A model generated the notes under the pieces. That model did not search any database and was not told the DNA's origin. It saw only the letters and a program-made list of their open reading frames with translations. 64,000 nt of DNA, from NCBI GenBank assembly GCA_004764695.1, contig SMSO01000032.1, forward strand, positions 4,186,483 to 4,250,482. The letters are read 5' to 3'. The stretch comes from Schizochytrium sp. TIO01. Its lineage: Eukaryota > Protista > Bigyra: Labyrinthulomycetes. Shown here in pieces: positions 54,136-64,000 of the stretch (position 1 is the stretch's first letter; the number at the start of each line of letters is the position of its first letter). Both the position numbers and the translations under genes were made by a program.

Positions 54136-57100
54136 CTAAGAAAAATCTTCAAAGAATGCTAGGGCAGACTCCCACAAAGGATGAGGAAAGCGTTGTTTCT
54201 GAGTCTCTCTTTCCTCATAGTTATTTCGAGCACGTAAATAAGCGGTGAGCAATTCGGGACTCATCTCCTCCGCAACAATGTTCGTCGCACGAGTATTTCC
54301 ACTACAGATTGAAAGGAGAGTAGGAAAAAGGATGCTCTTGCCAATTTGAGACGAGAAATAAGGAAACGGCACGGAACATAGCCGAACCAGTGGAGTTGGT
54401 GCTCGGCCCCAATTGAGAGATTCTTGATTCTTCTCGTTGCTTTGAGCATAAAATCCAAGAAAGACTATTAATTCTGCAAACAGTTCTTCACGGGGAACAT
54501 TGTCAGCAACTTGATTCTGCGACATTGTAGACCAGTTGTAGCGAGGTGGAGCAGGCATTGTTGCATCTTCATCTTCACACTGCATCAACACATAACGAAA
54601 GAGCTGCTGCAGTTCAAACGGCATAGCTGGTGAGCTAAGGATTTCTTGTACAGAGTCTAAATCCAAGCACGCCAATAGGTTTAGCGTACGTAAGCCTGTT
54701 GCGGCAATAAAACGAAGTCTAGCTCGAAGCCCTGCGTCTATCTTCCTCGTCGCTGCACGAGGTGCGTGGGTGCCTTGCACAGCAATAAATGCTGCCACAA
54801 CTTGGGATAGAATCCGAAACAACGTCGACGATTTTGCGGCATCCAGCAGTATGTCCTTAGCAACGGAGATAGCCTGTTCCTTCTTCGAATCATCGGCCCC
54901 ATTCTGGGAAAGAGCTATGACACCTACCATACTTTCTAACAGCCTGAGGCTTGAGCCAACCAAACGAACTGCTTCTTCAACTACTGGGCAACCAGTGCTC
55001 TCCCATTTTTTACCACACTTGATCTGTGCACAGCGTTCGCCAGCCCTCAATGCTAAAGAGGAATATATGCAAAGTCGCACCAATTCGATGCCAAGCCCAC
55101 TTTCGTCATTACTCTCTCGAAGTGAAATCAGAAGGTTTGATATTAGACGAAGACCATGCACTAACGCGTACACATTATCTTTGGACACTGGGGCACGTAA
55201 GAGCTGGACGCAAATGTCGACAATTGCCGTAACATTTCCACTTTTCAGAATGTCTCTCAGGAGACCCGGGTCTGTTTTGCAAATACAGAGAATGCCTTCT
55301 AAGCAGTGCGAAATGATAACAACACCTTGCACAGATGGTCTGCCAATCTCCTGCGCACAAGTCTTAATAAAAGCAGAAAGAACATGGAGAGAGGCTACGC
55401 CTCGAACATTATCGCGGGCATACTTAACCAAAGTTTCAGCTGCTTCAGATTTTTCCGAATTGATTGAAGCTTCCTCAAGATGTCTAACAGCACTATGAAT
55501 ACGTTTTGGTGGAGAGGATATACGATCTAAGTTCATGGGAACGGCCATGGATGCAATTTTCGCTTTGACCTTGCGAGCCCGTTTTTTCATTTGTTTCTCT
55601 TTAGTCTGCATTTCCTCCCCGGACCGGGATACCTCTTCTGCAAATCGAGCCTTTTCTGCAGCCTCATCTTCCGCAGATCCAAACAAGGCAGTTCTGGGAC
55701 TTGCAGTACTATAGCCACAACTTGAACCTGGAAGCAAGGGGTTCACCACGAGACTATTGGAGGATGTATGGAGTTGTGGAGAGGAACCTGTTGATTCCTC
55801 ATTCTTTAGACGGAATGTAGGCGTAACGATGTGGGAATCATCTGCCCCGGTGATACATTGCGTAAAGGTAGCTGCTGGAGCAGAACCCCCAGACGTAGTT
55901 GACACGGAAATGGGTCCATTCTGGCCTGCTGAACTGCTGGGGGTAGAATATCCCGAGTTAGTTAAGAGTGGTGAAACAGTTGATGCTCGACTCGAGGTGC
56001 GTTTTGCAAGAAGTAAGCGACGACGTTCTTGCTCGGCGCGCTCCTTGCGCTCTCGTTGAAGTGCCAACTTTGCCTCACGCTCCTTCTCCATTTCAGTGCG
56101 ACGCTCGCTGACCTTAGCAGAAGCTTCAAGAACCATCTCGTCTAGCTTTCTTCGCTGCTCTTCTAGGGCCTCGGCTTTGCGTTTTTCAGCTTCTTCATGG
56201 CGCCTTTGCATTGCTTCTCGTAGCTGACGCTCGCGATCCTCCTCCCGTAAACGACATGCCTCGACACGTTCAATTTGTTTTTCTGCCTTTTCACGAATAC
56301 TACCAATGAAAACTAAGCGCCGCTTTTCACCATCCTCAAGTTTCTTATGCAATTGTGCCGTGCGATCCTGCTCTGTCATTTCATTAATAAATTGGACCTC
56401 GTTCACCTTTCGTGCTTCATTTTCCGCCTTCTTGGCAACACTCTTCAACTTTGCCTCACGAGCAACAGCAGCGCGCTCGAGACGCTCGTTGATTGCACGT
56501 CCTTGAGCAAGCATGACTTCCTCCTTCGTTTTAGCAATTTGCTCTTGACGAGAAGATTGAAGGCGGAGCTTAGCTTGACGTTGAAGATCAATCTTTTCAC
56601 GATTGAGACGTGCAGTGGTCTGCTTCTGGGCCTGTCGACGTTTCGTTTCAGATGGGCTTGGTTTCCGTCGCTCCGGGCTTGACAGCTTTTGATGTAAAGT
56701 TCGAAGCATGCCGGCCTTGCTCAAGCATGCAGAACATGTACTCTGCTCCCCTGATCCAGGTACAACATAACGATTGCACACATCGCAGGCTCGCTTCCGA
56801 TGCGGGGAGATTGGCTTGAGCATGTCAACAGCATCTTGTGTAAGTCCAACCTCCTCATCACCCCATCGCAAGCCACTGGTGTCCCCAGCAAGATCCTCAA
56901 AGGTAAACACGGAAGGCCTTGGGGACGAACTCAGAGGACCACATGACATGGAACTTACTGTAGGGCTTGTCTCAGGTACTTCTTCGTTCTCTAGCAAGGA
57001 AATTCCATCTTGGGCAAGGCTATCTGAGGTAGAAGGCCTTGAAAAATCCATAACACGTGTTTGCATCAGTTCTTCTTCACCGATTTCCCCTTGCTCCTGA

Positions 57101-59040
57101 AACTCGCGCTCTGGCGTTTTACATTGCGATTTAAATTCCTTGGACAAAATTGACTGGCGACTGAGTAAATTATTCGACACCTCAAATGTAGGCTTATTGT
57201 CATACCGCAGGATGACCTTGCCTGTTGCAGAATTTTGATCTTGCTTAGCAGAATGCGAATGTACTTGACCATGCGGAAGGTCAGTAACAATTTTGGGCTT
57301 GCGTACCCAAGCTGAGGATCTAGGAACAAAATTAGGCAAGTCAGGACTCGCGCTAATATTGCTACCTTCCAAATTTAGCTGCTGCGCAGAAAATTGAAGG
57401 CTCTGCAATGATCCACGACGATAAAAAGCTTCATGGCTCTTGGTGATATCTGCGATATCATTGTCACCACCTTTGTGTGATGTAAAATCTGCATTATCCT
57501 CACCACTTGTGCACTGAAGACGAGACCCAAAGAGAAGAGTAACCGGGGAAGGTACAGCTTGGTTCTTTCGTACTTCCCATGCTAAGCCTCTAGAAGACTC
57601 GCGCATGCCATCAAATGAGCTATCGACAACTGCCGCTTGGGATTGAATTCTAGAACGAAGTTCTTGGAATTCGTGAAGACATGAAAGAAGTAATTCCTCA
57701 GCTTGAACACATTGTTCGTCAGAACTATCAAACTCACACATGTAATACAGTTCGTCAATGGTGTGGGTAACATTACGGAAAAGAACATTCCAGATTTTGA
57801 TACGAAGTTTCTCGCGGTCCATCTCCTGTACTTTACTCTCCAGTTCAGCCTGCTCTTCGTTAATCTTATCAAAAGTCTTACGGTCTGCTGGAGGTTCTTG
57901 CAGCTCACCTTCACTGCACACATCAGTATCGTCTGCATCTCCTTCTGAACTTGGCTCATAAGAGTGGCTCGCTGTCTGGAGGGGCGACGGCTTGGTTAGC
58001 ATCACAGATTTTACATGCTTCACTGATCTGTGTGCAGAATCTATATTTAGTATATCTGAAGCTTCAGAGGTTTTGGCACCTGATGAGGATTTATTTTGCC
58101 GTGCTACATAGGACGTCTTTACAGGGACTACATTGTGAGGAACATGCCACGAAATAGCGCCTGGTTTGCGGATATGATTTGTTGCACCTACAGCCGGGTC
58201 ACGAGCCCATGAGCGGTTTAGGAAGTGATCTGCGCCATTAGAGTTTCTGCGGAGAGGTTTTTCTTTGGGTGTAAATTCGCGGCTCTTTCGTCTTGAGCAC
58301 TTTCCATCTGAAGATGACCCTCCAGAAGATGTTGTTGAGGCATTGCCTGCAAAACTTCCTATGCTTCCCGAACTTCGCCGACGCTCGCTGCCTGACATCG
58401 ATGCTGTTGCGCGAATGCTTCGGTTTGGTTTTTTCTTTTGTGGCTTTCGATTCCGTACCTGTGTCCACGCCCCTTCCGCGTCAACCGTTGGCGAGTAAGT
58501 ACCTACTCGAGCATTCGCATCAGTACCTTCAAAGATCTCCGCGTGACTTCTGCTCTCGTCTCTGTTATCAAGCCTTTCTTCGCTCTCTTCGTTCTCGAGT
58601 TCCGCGTCTTGTTTGCTTGCCAAGTTTCCTTCGCTTCTCGTAGTTCTCGCACTGCTAGTACGGACCTCACGTCGTTGTTGCGAGCTTGCTAACGGGTTCT
58701 TCAATTCCTTTCCTCTTCTTGAGCTGCTATCGCTACTTCGACTCTGATTTGCTTCGTTCTGCCGGTCGATTCGGCCTTCGCAACCCTGATTCCTTTTATG
58801 CTGATCGTAATAATTATAGTCGTGATCGTGGTTTTCACCGCTATTGTTATTACTGTGACTGTTACCACTGAAGTTGTCGATTTCAATGTTGATATTATTG
58901 TTGTTGTGAGCTCTGCTCTTCTTGGAGCCGCTTTCAACGCTTCCGGAAGTCCCGGCGTCGTCGTCGCTAGAGAGGTTTTCTGCCAAATCCTCTTCATCCT
59001 CAAGAGGAGTAAGCAGGAAGAATGAGGGCGTAGTAGGCAT
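54136..59040 (-). CDS. SCAPER: SCAPER homolog (S-phase cyclin A-associated protein in the ER)
   Basis: IWNVLFRNVTHTIDELYYMCE; LAWEV; LHQKLSSPER; long coiled coil; C-terminal LGFYA..NQESLNWG..LVRLCSVPFPYFS..ILFPTL..EEMS..RFP..W. Confidence 0.9.
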   Translation of the reverse strand: MPTTPSFFLLTPLEDEEDLAENLSSDDDAGTSGSVESGSKKSRAHNNNNINIEIDNFSGNSHSNNNSGENHDHDYNYYDQHKRNQGCEGRIDRQNEANQSRSSDSSSRRGKELKNPLASSQQRREVRTSSARTTRSEGNLASKQDAELENEESEERLDNRDESRSHAEIFEGTDANARVGTYSPTVDAEGAWTQVRNRKPQKKKPNRSIRATASMSGSERRRSSGSIGSFAGNASTTSSGGSSSDGKCSRRKSREFTPKEKPLRRNSNGADHFLNRSWARDPAVGATNHIRKPGAISWHVPHNVVPVKTSYVARQNKSSSGAKTSEASDILNIDSAHRSVKHVKSVMLTKPSPLQTASHSYEPSSEGDADDTDVCSEGELQEPPADRKTFDKINEEQAELESKVQEMDREKLRIKIWNVLFRNVTHTIDELYYMCEFDSSDEQCVQAEELLLSCLHEFQELRSRIQSQAAVVDSSFDGMRESSRGLAWEVRKNQAVPSPVTLLFGSRLQCTSGEDNADFTSHKGGDNDIADITKSHEAFYRRGSLQSLQFSAQQLNLEGSNISASPDLPNFVPRSSAWVRKPKIVTDLPHGQVHSHSAKQDQNSATGKVILRYDNKPTFEVSNNLLSRQSILSKEFKSQCKTPEREFQEQGEIGEEELMQTRVMDFSRPSTSDSLAQDGISLLENEEVPETSPTVSSMSCGPLSSSPRPSVFTFEDLAGDTSGLRWGDEEVGLTQDAVDMLKPISPHRKRACDVCNRYVVPGSGEQSTCSACLSKAGMLRTLHQKLSSPERRKPSPSETKRRQAQKQTTARLNREKIDLQRQAKLRLQSSRQEQIAKTKEEVMLAQGRAINERLERAAVAREAKLKSVAKKAENEARKVNEVQFINEMTEQDRTAQLHKKLEDGEKRRLVFIGSIREKAEKQIERVEACRLREEDRERQLREAMQRRHEEAEKRKAEALEEQRRKLDEMVLEASAKVSERRTEMEKEREAKLALQRERKERAEQERRRLLLAKRTSSRASTVSPLLTNSGYSTPSSSAGQNGPISVSTTSGGSAPAATFTQCITGADDSHIVTPTFRLKNEESTGSSPQLHTSSNSLVVNPLLPGSSCGYSTASPRTALFGSAEDEAAEKARFAEEVSRSGEEMQTKEKQMKKRARKVKAKIASMAVPMNLDRISSPPKRIHSAVRHLEEASINSEKSEAAETLVKYARDNVRGVASLHVLSAFIKTCAQEIGRPSVQGVVIISHCLEGILCICKTDPGLLRDILKSGNVTAIVDICVQLLRAPVSKDNVYALVHGLRLISNLLISLRESNDESGLGIELVRLCIYSSLALRAGERCAQIKCGKKWESTGCPVVEEAVRLVGSSLRLLESMVGVIALSQNGADDSKKEQAISVAKDILLDAAKSSTLFRILSQVVAAFIAVQGTHAPRAATRKIDAGLRARLRFIAATGLRTLNLLACLDLDSVQEILSSPAMPFELQQLFRYVLMQCEDEDATMPAPPRYNWSTMSQNQVADNVPREELFAELIVFLGFYAQSNEKNQESLNWGRAPTPLVRLCSVPFPYFSSQIGKSILFPTLLSICSGNTRATNIVAEEMSPELLTAYLRARNNYEERETQKQRFPHPLWESALAFFEDFS

Positions 59041-62000
59041 CTTTCGAAGCTTCTTCGACCAAAATCGGCCCAAGCGTCTCAATAATAAACGTCCTCCCTT
59101 TATATATTAGTACAACCAAAATACTGATTCCGAGCAGAGCAGCGGAAGCTTTTGCTCTGAGCGCCGATCACTTGGTTCTCAGATGTACCTAAACAACCCC
59201 TCGGCAGTCCACGATAACCGCTGACAAGGGCCCCAGAAGGCGATCTATTGTCGCCAATTAAGCCAGTGCCAGTTTTGGCGCAGTGAAACGCGCGCCACAA
59301 GCAGGTTTGCTTACTTCACTGTGCTCTGGGCAAGGTCCCTCGCGATCCCAAACAAAGCGGACAACTGTTGCGGAACGCATTTTATAAACCGGAATTCCGA
59401 ATATTATTACGGGATTTCCGGTTTGGGGTTGACAGCATCGTCAAATAAAAAGAACGTGGATTTAGAACTTGCAGGTGCACGGTGGCGTTATTTGGGGCGT
59501 TAGCTGATGACACTTAAGCATGGTTTGATACTCAATGGAAACTCTGTGATGTATTCTTGATGGCGATGAAACGTATAAAGTATAATTACGTAACTAGGGG
59601 AATACAGGAGTGAAAATTTGGGATGAATAGAGTTATAAAGTGCGAGAAAGCTCTATGAAGCGCTTAATTTGAGGCTTTTGCGTGCTTCTTGTCCTCTTCT
59701 TTGCTACCTGCATTGAAGCAATCCTTCCAGGCCTTGACCTGGGGTTGGCACTGTCGGTGTCAATTGCAGATGGATGTTTATTGCGTCAGTTTTCAGTTCC
59801 GCAGCATTTTATCGCACATTTGCAGATTGCTGAGCTGCAAAGTTCGAAATCACCCACCCCAATAAAAATCTGAAGTGCTTTTCGCGAGCCTGCTTCTTTC
59901 CCGTCGTACCCGCTTTCGATGTGTGAGATATTTGCTACGCATGGCTCTTCGACTTCGTTTGCAGAGTCTTCTCCGCTTTTGCGTCCTTGCTGGGGGCGTA
60001 TCGATTCTTCATTCCCAGATGGTACGCCTCTCTGCGTGACTTACCTTGCGCCAGTCGCGATCATTGTCTGCCATGCATAATTGCAGAGCCTCGTACTGCT
60101 CAGCGCAGCCTGCACGCTCCACCTGCTCGTCTGGGTCCATCTTCTTCTCCTGAGGACAGCGGCCAATGTAGATTTGCTCTTCGCTTTCTTTGCTTTTTCT
60201 AAATAGTATTATCTCGTACTAATTGCTTCGGCTTTGAGTTTTACTCAAGTTCAAAGATTTCTAAGGAGAGAGAGAGAGCGAGAAAAGTAGAACAAAGCGT
60301 GAACGATTCGTCAAACTCGCTGCGCGAGAATGTGGGACTTTGATGATGGATGAGATTGAGCATGGATTTTCTAAATCTGAGGTCAATAGGACGTTTATAG
60401 TCTCGCCAGCGTACGCTGCAATATGCTGTTGGAGGGTGAGCTGATAGAACTGAAAAGAAGTCGTCCAAAGCCTCTTCGAGCAGGGACAGGAAGACTCAGG
60501 AAGGAGGGGCTTACAACAGCCATACTTTGGCGACTTTGCGTGCAAGTTCGCAAGTAAACCAAAGCCGAAACCGGGATATTTGGCCAGCTAAGGTCTTAGC
60601 CTAGAACAACTTTGAAGAAGTGGTCGAGTTCGCGAGAATCGTCGCTGAGCACTACTCAATCTCGCACCCTGCCAGCCTTTTCCCAATCGTTTAAGCTGGA
60701 TAGCACCAGGCAATTTACGAAAGCATTCTCTGCAGAAGTAATGATGGGTAAACCTATTCAAGTTATTGAGCAACGGGTGATGAATATAATCCCTGAATTT
60801 GAGGAGTATGGGATAGTTTTCATCGAATAGAACTCGCATCCAGGATTCAAAACCAAGTGGAGGATTTTGGGGGTTCGTTAGTGAGGAAGAATTGATATGG
60901 TACGTGAATAATGTGGGGTCGCTGCTTTTGAAGTATTGAGGGACTGCATACAATCGTTGCTCACGGACATGAAGAATCTATGACTTTGCATTATTCGAGT
61001 CCACCAAAACTGATGTTGTTCGTGAAGCAAACCTTTCCTGCGAGCATAGTTTTCTGAGAAACTCTGCTTGATAAATCATTGGCCTTGTGTATGAGGGTCT
61101 TGAAGAATAGTGGAACCATTGGGAGGATCGAGAAAAGAATACTTTTGAGCAAGCTAAAGAGTTTGTAAGAATTGTATATTTGTCTAATATAGTGTTTTAA
61201 GCATACCAGATCGAGCATAGTAAATGGAGTTGGCATCTCCGGTGAATCAGTTGCCTTATCACAGCGGTCTTTTAGACGTTTTGTAAAGATACACTGAAGG
61301 CCAACGCTCATGTTCAGAGCGTACACTTCCTTCTAAAGTTGATTGTCAAATTCATAGCCCCCAAAGAGTGATTCAGCAGAATACCTTTGCGATGCAACTC
61401 TGTGCTTCAAGGATGGAACGTATGTGTATGAAGCCCTTTGTCGATTTTGGGAGTGTGTATGTGCTTCTATTTGTCCGGAGACAATAAAGTTTGCAAAGAC
61501 CTTGCTGTAGCTGCGGCATATACATAGCAAGTGTTGCGCATCTCTTTCCGCCACCGCTACCCAGGAAAAGGCCCGGTACACACTCAATGCGGTGAGTTGC
61601 ACACCGTGACATTGTACTGTGTACTTTCGTAGTTGACGCGTACAATGTTGTGACTTTGGTATGGTAAGGATAAATTAATCCGGCAAGTTGGTAGCTACAG
61701 ACAAATCAGCATTTCAAGATACCTTTGCGTTCGAACAAAATTACCAAGTTCCGCTTGTTCTGTTTGCTTGTTTTCAATGCTCTTGCAAACGATGCACTAT
61801 CCATGAAAATCGGGCGCTGAAATCCAGCGCTGGATCCTAAAATCATGCAAAAAGGATGCATCTAGCGGTTTGGATATCAAGATCGAAAGTTTTTGAAAAT
61901 ATATATAGTCCTCACTAAGTTGAAGCTAAAAGCATCCAATAATCACTTTTTATTTAAAAAAAAAGAAAAGAATATAATATTCCGAGGAAGGAACCTAAGT

Positions 62001-62538
62001 ATGGTATAATTGCAATAGTTGTGGGTTAGCTTGAAACAGCGTGGTGCAAACATTTGCAAAGAAAAAGCCAACGCATTGATTGTTAAGAGAAGGATTGCAT
62101 CAATAGAGACAAAAGCATGCCCTTCAAGAACTCAAATGCGAGTTCATATATAGGCTCTACTCAATGTCCTTTCCGTTTTCTTACAACCACCTTCTCTTGA
62201 GATACCACGAGAGATATGCCATAGTAAAAAGTGGCGCTGCTCATCGACCAACAAGAAATGTGCACGATGATGCATTTTATTATAGATATCCCGGCACCTG
62301 TGACGCGCGATACACAAAATTTACAATGTAGTGCAATCACGCACGTTAAAACAGCATGAGCAGAGGGTGTGCAAACGATATTCACAGGCACACCCTTCAT
62401 CAAACAGATCAAGTATTATAGATCTGGTTGGATTTGATAAACTTGAGTGAGACTACGAAAGGTGCGCGAGAAGAAGGGAAAAAAGAAGGGGAAGAAATGA
62501 AAGAACCCAGGTGGATAATAGAAGCGAATTCCTTCACT

Positions 62539-64000
62539 CTAGGCAACATCCACATACTGATCTTCATTCCGCAAGTGATCATTTATGCGCGGTTCGGGCG
62601 GCCATGGTCCAGCGGCGGAAGGTTGCATGTGACCAGAGAGTAAAAGGGCAACATCGGACACAGCAGCTTTGCGAGCAGCTGGGTCGCTTGGCAATTTTTC
62701 CAATCGGTCATAAACGGCTTGCTTGGTAAGATCAGGCAGCTTATTATGTTCCGAGTTTGTAAGAATAATGGTAAGAGTACGACCCGCATCAAAATTACTT
62801 GCCTTGGTCTGCAGGACCACGCGAAGCAGATCAACGACCAGATTGGTCCGCACCATGTAACGTTGATCGGCCTGGCCAGCTAGAAAATGCAAAGCGGCGG
62901 CCAGCAGGAATGGCTTGTACGCAGAAGCGAGAGAGACAAACCTCTCGTTTATGGACGAACTTGCGTTCTGCACCGCTTGAGTAATGAAGTTGCAGACTGC
63001 CTGAGCCTGGCGGATATTAAAACCTAGACCCTGCATACCTTGGTCGAGAACCTCTACGGCTGCGACAGTACACACTTCCCAGACGGTAACTTGTCTGCCC
63101 TGGCCTGCGCCTATAAGTGGCACGGTAGTATGCAACAGGATTTCAGGCCGGGTTTTGGCGATAAGTTCGCAAATGGCAAAGAAGTAGCGAGCGATTTCGC
63201 CATCTAAGAGCTCGTCCGAAACAGCAACATGAACAGGAGGCTCCAGGGCAGGATTTACCTTGTTCGAGGGTGTTGACGGTGCAGCCCGAATAAGGAGCTG
63301 GGTAAGTTCCCGCACCATGTAAGACATGGCACGTGTAAGTGTGATGGAATCTGGGCTGTCATCAGTATCGCTCCAGATTCTACCCGTCATGAGTTGCAAA
63401 GAAGAAAGAGGCTTTAAACATGATGGCTCAGAAGAGACTGCAAAACTAGCAACCATGTGTTCAATCATGTCCGGTACAAAGGGCGCTGCAGCAGCTCCGA
63501 AGCAGACAGCGAGTTCATCATAGAGACCTGTGAAGACAGTGATGAGACGAATGGCACTCTGACGACCATATGCTCCCGAAGAGGTATTATTAATTTGTTG
63601 TCCTAATGGGTGCGTGGATGTGAGAGGATTTGCAACCCGGTCACCTTTCTCCTGAGGCTGGGCCAAGTGGATGAGACGAGAACAAACCGCCGCAATATCT
63701 GGCCAAACAATCTGGAAAATAGGGATCATTGCACTAATAACAAGCTGACGACCTCGCTTGCCTGTCTCGCGAGTATCCAATGCACGAAGCACATGTCTAA
63801 AAGTTAGAAGAGCAGATGTGACAGCCCGGCTAAGTTCGTCAAGGTCTGCATCCTCGGGCGCAGACCTTGCTGCGCGGAGTACCTGAGCGCTAGACCCAAG
63901 CTGACGTTCAAGGCACCCACGGAGCATATTAATACGTGCTTCTGTGTCTTGAGAGTGGCGTAACAAATGCACATAACGAAACGCCAAATTTGTAATGCTC
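62539..64000 (-). CDS. C-terminal part of a helical-repeat protein, possibly importin-beta-like (TNPO3/IPO13-like); 5' end outside the window
   Basis: Frame is open to the window edge (more than 480 aa) with an amphipathic helical pattern (EIARYFFAICELIAKTRPEILL; RQAQAVCNFITQ). Family assignment is weak. Confidence 0.55.
   Translation of the reverse strand, partial: SITNLAFRYVHLLRHSQDTEARINMLRGCLERQLGSSAQVLRAARSAPEDADLDELSRAVTSALLTFRHVLRALDTRETGKRGRQLVISAMIPIFQIVWPDIAAVCSRLIHLAQPQEKGDRVANPLTSTHPLGQQINNTSSGAYGRQSAIRLITVFTGLYDELAVCFGAAAAPFVPDMIEHMVASFAVSSEPSCLKPLSSLQLMTGRIWSDTDDSPDSITLTRAMSYMVRELTQLLIRAAPSTPSNKVNPALEPPVHVAVSDELLDGEIARYFFAICELIAKTRPEILLHTTVPLIGAGQGRQVTVWEVCTVAAVEVLDQGMQGLGFNIRQAQAVCNFITQAVQNASSSINERFVSLASAYKPFLLAAALHFLAGQADQRYMVRTNLVVDLLRVVLQTKASNFDAGRTLTIILTNSEHNKLPDLTKQAVYDRLEKLPSDPAARKAAVSDVALLLSGHMQPSAAGPWPPEPRINDHLRNEDQYVDVA

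Noticed and set aside
54261-59025. Many overlapping short ORFs within SCAPER (likewise within MON2, NOL10 and EXO1)
   Set aside because: Alternative-frame or antisense shadows of long conserved genes.

Overview
Eukaryotic, intron-poor protist DNA. The gene content (including a ciliary EFHB-like gene), the compact single-exon genes and the (ACAA)n/(GAAT)n microsatellites suggest a stramenopile such as a thraustochytrid, but this is an inference. The window has two parts. (1) About 0.3-14.5 kb is an accessory zone of decayed genes. It holds an eroded IS607-like transposon (serine recombinase TnpA plus a Fanzor2/TnpB RNA-guided nuclease plus a conserved 3' omegaRNA-like end), possible LRR and kinase relics, and a broken armadillo-repeat gene with 16 near-identical 132/135-bp units whose helix-3 residues are hypervariable. 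(2) About 14.6-64 kb holds mostly conserved genes: NOL10, EFHB-like, an O-fucosyltransferase, TFIIH p62, MON2, SPC24, a frameshifted PWWP protein, EXO1, NADAR, a JmjC hydroxylase, a VOC protein, a Cys-rich secreted protein, SCAPER and a partial HEAT-like gene. A second, internally deleted copy of the same IS607-Fanzor2 element lies at about 29.3-30.6 kb, between TFIIH p62 and MON2. Aligning the two copies by eye delimits the element ends and the candidate guide-RNA scaffold. This is the most notable system in the window. All assignments come from motif recognition by eye; no searches were run.
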